Positions 7,819 through 14,679 of a stretch of 64,000 nucleotides of DNA are shown here, one piece after another. Position 1 is the stretch's first letter, and each line of letters begins with the position of its first letter. Source of the DNA: a virus (Duplodnaviria; Caudoviricetes); the IMG/VR virus record IMGVR_UViG_3300044719_000028, positions 1 to 64,000 of that record. One strand, 5' to 3'. The notes beneath the pieces are model-generated. The model was not told the DNA's origin, did not search any database, and saw only the letters and a list, made by a program, of their open reading frames with translations. Both the position numbers and the translations under genes were made by a program.

Positions 7819-8034
7819 ATGAAAATCCCTAAAGCATTTACCAATCATCCCGGTGTAGCAAAAGTTGTAGCAGGAGGAGACCAAGGAAGTGATTCTAAGT
7901 ATTGGGTGTTCTTCAAGGATGGATATGGATTTTATGAGCATGGTCAACGTGACAATTATTGCTGGGTTTGTGGTGGCTGTGCTGTAGACAGTGTTGCAGA
8001 GTTCAAAGAACTAAACATTGAGAAGAAAGCATAA
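7819..8034 (+). CDS. hypothetical protein (71 aa)
   Basis: AAGGA RBS; weak similarity to 9721..9954. Confidence 0.65.
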   Translation: MKIPKAFTNHPGVAKVVAGGDQGSDSKYWVFFKDGYGFYEHGQRDNYCWVCGGCAVDSVAEFKELNIEKKA

Positions 8035-8035
8035 C

Positions 8036-8239
8036 ATGAACGCAATCAAAGATTACAAACTTGTGTGGTACAACTTCTCTGGCGATGTCTTCTTCGACAT
8101 GTACACGGAAGACGAAGCTTACACGCTTTACGACAACAAGAAAGTTACCAGTGTACAAGTTGAATTGATTCCTCCGTACGGTAACACTTGCCTTGTGTGG
8201 AATCGTAATTGCAATCGTGAATTTGAGTGCTGGAAATGA
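8036..8239 (+). CDS. hypothetical protein (67 aa)
   Basis: Packed ORF, ACATG start. Confidence 0.6.
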   Translation: MNAIKDYKLVWYNFSGDVFFDMYTEDEAYTLYDNKKVTSVQVELIPPYGNTCLVWNRNCNREFECWK

Positions 8240-8484
8240 AGACAGTAGACGAGATTGTTTCTTGTGTAAAAGTGGGAGAAATGCATAAATTGTCTTTCTC
8301 TTGCTTCTACGATGGCACGGTACACCAAGAATATAATGCAATTATTCATAGCATCACAAAGCATAACGAGTATTGCTATCAAGTGTTTTACCAAGTAGGT
8401 GAATGGGGAGCATATGGGTTGATTGTTCCTAGATGGTATGACAGAAATAGACAACGAATTGTTGATATTGAAAGCCTAACATGA
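8236..8484 (+). CDS. hypothetical protein (82 aa)
   Basis: ATGA overlap. Confidence 0.6.
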   Translation: MKTVDEIVSCVKVGEMHKLSFSCFYDGTVHQEYNAIIHSITKHNEYCYQVFYQVGEWGAYGLIVPRWYDRNRQRIVDIESLT

Positions 8485-8888
8485 ACTCCGGACTCCGCAT
8501 TGTCTCCCTCTCCATAGCATCCCTAGCCATGATGTACGCCAGTGTGCAAGCTAGTGAATCCTACGCACAAGAGCATCCTATGATGGGTATGCAACTTAAG
8601 ATGGAATATTGCATAGACGCTGTAAGGGAAGCTAACAAGCCCATGCAAGACATCGGATGCAAGGTAGGACATGGGTACGGTAAGGAAGGGGTTAAGAGGG
8701 ACATCATCAGGCAGCTTGTAGAAAGAATTAACAAGAATAAACAAAGCTACGAATATGTGCAGCTTGTCAGCATTGAGGGGTTACGGTTAGTATTCAGGGA
8801 TGACTCAGTAGGCTCAAAGGGAACCGTTATTGTGTGGCAGAATGCTGATACAGGACGGATGCGTATAAAGATGGAAAGGGAGGAATGA
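8481..8888 (+). CDS. putative exported protein (135 aa)
   Basis: Signal-peptide-like N-terminus MNSGLRIVSLSIASLAMMYASVQA. Confidence 0.65.
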   Translation: MNSGLRIVSLSIASLAMMYASVQASESYAQEHPMMGMQLKMEYCIDAVREANKPMQDIGCKVGHGYGKEGVKRDIIRQLVERINKNKQSYEYVQLVSIEGLRLVFRDDSVGSKGTVIVWQNADTGRMRIKMEREE

Positions 8889-8942
8889 AGCCTGTTGCTT
8901 CGCACAGTCTTCCTTTCTCGTTTACACTCGAAAGTGATTATT

Positions 8943-9173
8943 ATGTATATGCTATTTGGTGGACAATGTTATTACGCTAAAGGTGGATTGAATGATTTGT
9001 TGTTGTGCACAGAGTCAGCACAAGATGCTATCAGCTACGCTAGGATGCTGGAAGAGACAACAGGACATAAACAAGATGGGATAGAATGGTGGCATGTTGT
9101 GTTTGTTGATTCTGCAACACAGACAGCGGTTGTAGTTAAACGTAGTGAATGTACACCACATGGGGAGGAATAA
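8943..9173 (+). CDS. hypothetical protein (76 aa)
   Basis: MYMLFGGQCYYAKGG... common phage pattern. Confidence 0.6.
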   Translation: MYMLFGGQCYYAKGGLNDLLLCTESAQDAISYARMLEETTGHKQDGIEWWHVVFVDSATQTAVVVKRSECTPHGEE

Positions 9174-9175
9174 TC

Positions 9176-9373
9176 ATGAAAGTTAAAATCGAATTCGATA
9201 CGGACATCAATAACAGCTTTGATGAGATGGGTATGTATGATCGTGATGTTGTGGCAAATGTTCTAAGGCATCTTGCTAACAAAGTGGAAAGTGGGGTTGT
9301 GAACGATTACAACGTGATTGAGAAAGATGATCATTACCCAATCGGTATGTTTTCTCTGCTGAAGAGTAAATAA
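9176..9373 (+). CDS. hypothetical protein (65 aa)
   Basis: GAGGA RBS. Confidence 0.65.
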   Translation: MKVKIEFDTDINNSFDEMGMYDRDVVANVLRHLANKVESGVVNDYNVIEKDDHYPIGMFSLLKSK

Positions 9374-9414
9374 ATTTGCTTGAAGTCTTATCCAACTTTG
9401 TTGTCTAAATGTGC

Positions 9415-9442
9415 TTGACAGGGTGTGTGGACAGTGTAGAAT
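9415..9442 (+). promoter_or_regulatory. sigma70-like early promoter
   Basis: gtgcTTGACA-16-TAGAAT. Confidence 0.65.
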
Positions 9443-9478
9443 GAACTCATCGAAACAACACACCTAACGGAGAGCATC

Positions 9479-9718
9479 ATGGCAGCAGCTAAAAACACCT
9501 ACAAAATCATCCTGAGCAATGGCAAGGTTGAGACGACTAAGAGCGTCAAAGAATACACTCATGCTGTCTGCGGTATCTACAAAGAAGAAATGCCGGAACA
9601 AGTGTTTGCACTGTGCGGCAGTCTTGAACTGGCAGAAAAGCAACTTGCTAAATGGTCCGGTAGTGCAACCTTCATTGCCGCTAAAAAGGCATACATTGTT
9701 GCTGTGGAAAAGGTGTAA
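9479..9718 (+). CDS. hypothetical protein (79 aa)
   Basis: GGAG RBS behind own promoter; YTHA motif shared with 10041..10313. Confidence 0.7.
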   Translation: MAAAKNTYKIILSNGKVETTKSVKEYTHAVCGIYKEEMPEQVFALCGSLELAEKQLAKWSGSATFIAAKKAYIVAVEKV

Positions 9719-9720
9719 TC

Positions 9721-9954
9721 ATGAACGCTAACAAACTCCCTAAGACGGTTCAAAAGTACGCCAACAAAATCATGGAATGGGATGATGAAAGATGGGCAGG
9801 GAATAGTCTAATCATCACTCTGGAGTATGGCTGGTGCTTTGACGAGAAAGGGCTGCATTGCTTCGGTGTTGACACTGTAGCAGCAGCTAAGAAAGATTTG
9901 GCAACAGTGATGCCGTGTGATTGTGAGAGGTGTATTAGCAAGGTAGGTGGATAA
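9721..9954 (+). CDS. hypothetical protein (77 aa)
   Basis: Packed ORF with C-terminal CDCERC. Confidence 0.65.
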   Translation: MNANKLPKTVQKYANKIMEWDDERWAGNSLIITLEYGWCFDEKGLHCFGVDTVAAAKKDLATVMPCDCERCISKVGG

Positions 9955-9972
9955 ACTTTCTTCGAAATGTGC

Positions 9973-10001
9973 TTGTGTTGCTTCGTACATTGTGTAATAA
10001 T
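9973..10001 (+). promoter_or_regulatory. probable sigma70-like early promoter
   Basis: gtgcTTGTGT...TAATAAT with the same leader context as its neighbours. Confidence 0.45.
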
Positions 10002-10040
10002 CCTTACATCGATTGAACAACACAAACAAAGGAGAACATC

Positions 10041-10313
10041 ATGGCAACTATCAAAGCAACCACTAAAGCAGGGCAAACTGTTACGATTCAAGATAGCAAG
10101 GTTGCATACACACATGCTTGGTTTGTCACTACAGAGAATGGCACTCGTATTGTGGAGAAAGGCTTTACAGAAAAAGGAGAACAAGCCGCTAAGCGTGCTG
10201 GTGCAAGAGCTATGGCAAGTAACAAGGATTGTGGCTTTCGTAACGAGCAAGGCAAGTTTGTTTCTTGGAAAACTCTTGGCCTAGATTATGAAGTTGTAGC
10301 GGTTGAAAAATAA
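10041..10313 (+). CDS. hypothetical protein (90 aa)
   Basis: AAGGAGAACATCATG start. Confidence 0.7.
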   Translation: MATIKATTKAGQTVTIQDSKVAYTHAWFVTTENGTRIVEKGFTEKGEQAAKRAGARAMASNKDCGFRNEQGKFVSWKTLGLDYEVVAVEK

Positions 10314-10316
10314 TGC

Positions 10317-10345
10317 TTGACGTGCTTAGGTATAGTGCTTATACT
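10317..10345 (+). promoter_or_regulatory. sigma70-like early promoter
   Basis: gcTTGACG-17-TATACT. Confidence 0.65.
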
Positions 10346-10380
10346 GAACACATCTTAAATCATTTAGTAAGGAAAACATC

Positions 10381-10653
10381 ATGCAAACCACTACGATCAA
10401 GCTGACATTGAACAACGAAACCCGCGAAGTTGAGGCTTTCGTAGAAGAGTTGCCTTTCTACACCGAAGTGCGTGTAAGTGGTTTGAACATGACGACTACT
10501 AAGGGAAATCAACAGCACAAAGGCTGGGCATGTTTCGTACTGAAGAAAGATAGCAATGAATACAGCATCAAGGACGCAATCGATATCCGCTATGTAGGCA
10601 TGCGCGGTAATGGTCATGCAGCTAAAAGCCTGTTCCGCTATGTGGGGTTCTGA
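10381..10653 (+). CDS. hypothetical protein (90 aa)
   Basis: AAGGA RBS behind own promoter. Confidence 0.7.
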   Translation: MQTTTIKLTLNNETREVEAFVEELPFYTEVRVSGLNMTTTKGNQQHKGWACFVLKKDSNEYSIKDAIDIRYVGMRGNGHAAKSLFRYVGF

Positions 10654-10684
10654 GACAGACAAGGTAGGGAAAGCATCACAGAAC

Positions 10685-10711
10685 GGGCCTCTTCGGAGGC
10701 TCTTTTCTTTT
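10685..10711 (+). terminator. intrinsic terminator (copy 1 of a 33-bp repeat)
   Basis: GGGCCTC-TTCG-GAGGCTC-TTTTCTTTT. Confidence 0.8.
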
Positions 10712-10853
10712 GTGCGATAGCTTTTCGTGATGCTGTATAGCTGTGCAATATAGTGGATTTGCAGGTTCATTATAATGGACAGGGTTATTATAACGTGTTG
10801 TGAGTAATACGGAAATTACAGAGGAAGTATTCTAAAGATTCTTAAGAAAGTGC

Positions 10854-10882
10854 TTGCATTGCTTAGAGGGCTTTGCTATAGT
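10854..10882 (+). promoter_or_regulatory. sigma70-like early promoter
   Basis: gtgcTTGCAT-17-TATAGT. Confidence 0.6.
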
Positions 10883-10937
10883 TACTACATCGACGCAGCA
10901 AACAACCCAAAACGACACTTTCTCAGGAGCAACTATC

Positions 10938-11180
10938 ATGGAACACAAAGTCATCGAGCAAACCATCGGCCAGTTCATCATCCGTGCAGTGTTCGCACCA
11001 GAAGAACTCCACGATGGCATCACCGTGTTTGTCAAGCACCCGGAAGGTGACATGGTATGCTGTGATCACTTCGGACATGACATGCATAAAGCTAAGGAGT
11101 TCGTAAAGCGCAATAGCAAAGGTAAGATGAAGTTTATTTGGAATGACATGATTGGTAGCTACGAATTGATCGCCAAGTGA
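10938..11180 (+). CDS. hypothetical protein (80 aa)
   Basis: AGGAG RBS behind own promoter. Confidence 0.7.
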   Translation: MEHKVIEQTIGQFIIRAVFAPEELHDGITVFVKHPEGDMVCCDHFGHDMHKAKEFVKRNSKGKMKFIWNDMIGSYELIAK

Positions 11181-11188
11181 TACAGAAT

Positions 11189-11214
11189 GGGCCTCTGCGG
11201 AGGCTCTTTTCTTT
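11189..11214 (+). terminator. intrinsic terminator (copy 2 of a 33-bp repeat)
   Basis: GGGCCTC-TGCG-GAGGCTC-TTTTCTTT. Confidence 0.8.
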
Positions 11215-11870
11215 GCTCTAATGAGTGTGTACACACAGGTTGACAAGATGCGTAGATCGGTAATTGGGGACATAGTGCTATGTAGGTCTATTATTTAGAC
11301 CGTTATTGATTTAGCAAAACTTCATTCCTGTTCGGTAATCGCACAACCTTGGGCATCAACGAGGGGTATATCAAGCTACCTGATATCAGTTTACCTTACA
11401 TTGATTCATAACCAAATGGTTATCTATTGCAGCATGCCTGCACAACACGGCGTGATAGCGTGACGAGACAGCGCCTACCAGCAGCAGGGCAGCAGCTAAC
11501 GAGGCGCTAGGGCTGTGAGAGGACAATCAGCGTAGGTAGACGTAGGACGAGCGAATAGAGGGCCGCAGAGGGGCGCTATGAGGCTCAGAGAGGGGATTGT
11601 GTGGGTGGAGCTAGGCAGGGATGGGCAAGCGTGCGCTGATGGGAGGGTGCGAGGAGTAGGCTAGAGGAGGGCAAATTGAGGAATGTATATGCCCGTTTAG
11701 GTTTGTAGATGACCCGGCTCGGATATTTTGCAGGGCAGAGAGGGGCGTTTTTCCGTGCTGGCTGGCCCTATTAAGCAACGAAACCGCCTCAGCAAATATT
11801 TACGACCTACCCCTGCCAAAGTGATCGCACAAGATGCCACTTGCCAAAAAATTTTCATACCAAAAATGCC
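11215..11870. other. non-coding convergence region (candidate genome terminus/packaging or recombination region)
   Basis: No credible ORF; several palindromes, G-rich + strand tract, repeated TGCCAAAA. Confidence 0.45.
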
Positions 11871-11900
11871 AAAAAGGAGGTATGCCCGAAAGCACCCTCC
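11871..11900 (-). terminator. intrinsic terminator after the recombinase genes
   Basis: On - strand GGAGGGTGC-TTTCGG-GCATACCTCC-TTTTT. Confidence 0.65.
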
Positions 11901-11976
11901 TTCTGCACAGATATTTTCTGTAGATATTTCTTTAGAATCAACCCACTAGATGTGTTTCCTAAAGTAAATTTTTAAA

Positions 11977-12642
11977 TTAATTCCACCTAGAAATCACCCT
12001 GCAAATGCTTGCTGCACTCCAATCGCCACCTCGTGCAGTAGGAATGTTCAGAGCATTCATTTCTTTAGCGATTTCCCCATACGTCATCCCACAATTCTTC
12101 ATGCGCTCGATTGGTGGACGCACATGAGCGGCAAACCTGTCAGCTTTCTCTTTGATGACAGCCGTTGCCTTCTCACGGGCTTCATTCAGGTTCGTCCGAT
12201 TGCCAAGAATGACACCACGAGCCTTAGCAGCAGCCAACCCTGCTTTGGTTCGCATCCCAATCATCTTGCGCTCTTTCTCAGCAAGCCCTGCAAAGATTGT
12301 CCCAACAAACTCGTCGTGCTCTTGTCCAAGATCGATTGCAACAACCAGCTTCTTTTTCTGGATCAGTTCACGCGAGATGTCGAAGTCACGGCTGCAACGA
12401 TCACTCTTCGTCACAACCACTTGAGCCTTCATTTTCTTCGCCATAGTCAGCGCCATAGACATGACAGGGCGATCTTTCAAAGGAGTGCTGCCAGAGATAA
12501 CCTCGTCCATCACAGTGATGAGATTGTAGTTGTTCCGCTGCGCCCACAGTTCGATTTCTGCACGCTGAGATTCAAGGCCGTTCTTCGACTGACCTTGTTC
12601 GCGGGTAGAGACCCGGCACACTCCAATGAAAGACTTTTTCAT
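11977..12642 (-). CDS. serine recombinase (resolvase/invertase family, 221 aa)
   Basis: RVST nucleophile motif, DRCSR motif, helix AEKERKMIGMRTKAGLAAAKARG, C-terminal EIAKEMNALNIPTARGGDWS DNA-binding domain. Confidence 0.92.
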   Translation of the reverse strand: MKKSFIGVCRVSTREQGQSKNGLESQRAEIELWAQRNNYNLITVMDEVISGSTPLKDRPVMSMALTMAKKMKAQVVVTKSDRCSRDFDISRELIQKKKLVVAIDLGQEHDEFVGTIFAGLAEKERKMIGMRTKAGLAAAKARGVILGNRTNLNEAREKATAVIKEKADRFAAHVRPPIERMKNCGMTYGEIAKEMNALNIPTARGGDWSAASICRVISRWN

Positions 12643-12720
12643 GATTGCTCCTTGAGACGTTTAGATGAAACACCTGATGGCGTTTAGATTGCTCAATAAT
12701 AGGTAAATAAAACCAAGTTG

Positions 12721-13341
12721 TCAACCTATTTTCAGAATATTTTCAATTACATCAACAGACCAGAAGCCATCTAGAGTTTCCATACGAATGTTTTCCATGT
12801 TGGTGACTACTTCCTCCATAGTGAGCCCATATTTCAGAAGGTTCTCAATCATAGGCTTTTTGTTTTGAGCAAATCTTTTTCTTCCCTCTTCACTCACCCT
12901 AACAACGTCTATTCCTTCGAATTCGCACCGCACACGATTGTTCTCTTGAGCTAGGATAGCAGACATACTGACGTGTAAATGATCTGCTCTCATGCCGTGC
13001 TTTGCGGAAATGAATCGTATTGTTTTGTCGGTATTCAACTCGTACACCAAAGCTGCGTACTCTGTTAATCTGTCTACATCTGACACTAACAATACACATC
13101 TTTTCTGGTTCTTACAATCTTGGAGTGCTTGCTGTAGAACAGGTCTGCTGTAAGGTTCTAGCGACCCGGCCGCAGTCTCTCTTGCTGCACCTATAACAGA
13201 TAGTCCGTTCATATCTGCGAATGCGAACATCCTTTCTTCTTGAACTTCAAAGCTCAACTCGTCCTGCCAGTAAGGCGAAACCCTGCTGTACATGATTACA
13301 TTCTTAATTTTAGATATTTGTTTCTCAAGAGGATGTTCCAT
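12721..13341 (-). CDS. divergent serine recombinase paralogue, probably inactive (206 aa)
   Basis: YSRVS and SRPVLQQAL present; DRLxR replaced by DRLTE; helix E shortened. Confidence 0.75.
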   Translation of the reverse strand: MEHPLEKQISKIKNVIMYSRVSPYWQDELSFEVQEERMFAFADMNGLSVIGAARETAAGSLEPYSRPVLQQALQDCKNQKRCVLLVSDVDRLTEYAALVYELNTDKTIRFISAKHGMRADHLHVSMSAILAQENNRVRCEFEGIDVVRVSEEGRKRFAQNKKPMIENLLKYGLTMEEVVTNMENIRMETLDGFWSVDVIENILKIG

Positions 13342-13369
13342 ATGTTGCTCCTGTTAGTTATGTGTTTGT

Positions 13370-13398
13370 AGAGTACACATTTTGCTCGCGCATGTCAA
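13370..13398 (-). promoter_or_regulatory. sigma70-like promoter for the recombinase pair
   Basis: TTGACA-17-TACTCT on - strand, followed by AGGAGCAACATATG. Confidence 0.65.
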
Positions 13399-13407
13399 CC
13401 CACAACA

Positions 13408-13431
13408 ACAAAAACCCGGCACAAGGCCGGG
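13408..13431 (-). terminator. intrinsic terminator
   Basis: CCCGGC-CTTGT-GCCGGG-TTTTTG on - strand. Confidence 0.7.
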
Positions 13432-13487
13432 CATGAGCAACGCGAATACGTCCCCGCCAACATTCGTCAGCGAGCCTGCGAGCGACA

Positions 13488-13691
13488 CTAAATTGTCACC
13501 ATCCCTCCAAACACAACAGGAATACACCAACTATCACGCATAAGCTTCTTCACTTTCTCATTGTGCTTGTTCTCAGCAGCGTCTAGTTTCTTCTTGGACA
13601 AAGGCTGTTTGTAATCTAGCCCAAAATCCTCGTTAGATTTGTATACCTTTGTCTTATGCTTCACGCTTACAGGTAAGTCGGACATTTTCAT
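13488..13691 (-). CDS. hypothetical protein (67 aa)
   Basis: GGAG RBS, ATGA overlap. Confidence 0.6.
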   Translation of the reverse strand: MKMSDLPVSVKHKTKVYKSNEDFGLDYKQPLSKKKLDAAENKHNEKVKKLMRDSWCIPVVFGGMVTI

Positions 13692-13909
13692 TTATCCTCT
13701 CCAAAAGCCTCAATACGTTCGCCAAGAATCTCGCTGTATTCGTACATTACATCATACTGCCTGCATAAACGTCTTTTCTCTCTGTCACTCAGTTTTGTGT
13801 ACATAGGAGATTTGCTGATAAACTCATCAAGCTTACCAATCTTACCATCCAGTTCCAATTTCTCATCCACAACACGTTGTTGGTGTGGCAGCATATCTTC
13901 GTATTTCAT
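13688..13909 (-). CDS. crAss001_48/T4 rIIB.1-like small helical protein (73 aa)
   Basis: HQQRVVDEKLELDGKIGKLDEFI...QYDVMYEYSEILGERIEAF matches the recalled family pattern. Confidence 0.7.
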   Translation of the reverse strand: MKYEDMLPHQQRVVDEKLELDGKIGKLDEFISKSPMYTKLSDREKRRLCRQYDVMYEYSEILGERIEAFGEDK

Positions 13910-14163
13910 TCTTCCTCTCCAAGCAGTTCCCTCATCTTAGCCACAAACCTCACACCACGCTCAAGAGCAATCTTGTGTGCAATCTCCTTCTTCAACGCCT
14001 TCTGAATTTTGACAAGCTTTTTTAGATCACGCTTGAATAAATTAACGTACACCGAACCCTGATGCCTGTTTTGCTCGGACGACCAATATTCCAAATAACT
14101 TTCTGTCTCAGCTATCTGGTTACTCGTGCGATCAATCAAGCTCTGCAATACGGAAATTTCCAT
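13906..14163 (-). CDS. coiled-coil hypothetical protein (85 aa)
   Basis: GAGGG RBS, start trimmed to MEISVLQ. Confidence 0.6.
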   Translation of the reverse strand: MEISVLQSLIDRTSNQIAETESYLEYWSSEQNRHQGSVYVNLFKRDLKKLVKIQKALKKEIAHKIALERGVRFVAKMRELLGEEE

Positions 14164-14239
14164 ACTTCCCCTCAACAATAAATTTCAATAAGAATCACAC
14201 CAAACATATACCCCATGATAAGGCCTATTGTGTAGATAT

Positions 14240-14584
14240 TCATAAATATTCCTTCCATTCTTCCGGCAAGTGACAGTTTGCAGGAGCATTCTTAAACATG
14301 GGTGCAATCTGCCAGTCCTTGTACCCCGCCAGTCCGCAGCCAATTCGAGTCACTTCAAACTCAAGCTCAGGAGAATTCTCAGCGTAGAACAGGAAGTCTT
14401 CCACGTACGTCTTGATAGTTTCCAGAGGTAGTGTGCGAATACGTTCATCCTTGGTTGGAATGGCGTAGCTATTGCCTTGTGGCCCTGCACCTTGCCCGTA
14501 AATTGCACCATGATTCTGTCGTGCGAACAGAGCAGCACCTTTGCCATGTCGTCCAGCGAGATTACTTCCAAATACAAAAATCAT
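14240..14584 (-). CDS. A1S_2505-like phage protein, probable macrodomain-type fold (114 aa)
   Basis: IFVFGSNLAGRHGKGAA, SYAIPTK and VTRIGCGLAG motifs. Confidence 0.7.
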   Translation of the reverse strand: MIFVFGSNLAGRHGKGAALFARQNHGAIYGQGAGPQGNSYAIPTKDERIRTLPLETIKTYVEDFLFYAENSPELEFEVTRIGCGLAGYKDWQIAPMFKNAPANCHLPEEWKEYL

Positions 14585-14679
14585 AAGTCCGCCATATCCT
14601 CAATAATGCCGATAGCCACGGCGAGCATGATGACGACAAGGATAACACCATAAAACAAGTCTTGCAAGAATGTTTTCAT
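14581..14679 (-). CDS. small membrane peptide (32 aa)
   Basis: Hand-translated MKTFLQDLFYGVILVVIMLAVAIGIIEDMADL; coupled on both sides. Confidence 0.5.
   Translation of the reverse strand: MKTFLQDLFYGVILVVIMLAVAIGIIEDMADL

Noticed and set aside
3640-11214. CRISPR array or integron cassette array
   Set aside because: Repeats are short promoter/RBS elements at irregular gene-sized spacing; no attC-like sites, tyrosine integrase or cas genes.
11728-11949. 73-aa ORF in the non-coding zone
   Set aside because: No RBS, overlaps a terminator and repeats, and has non-protein-like composition.
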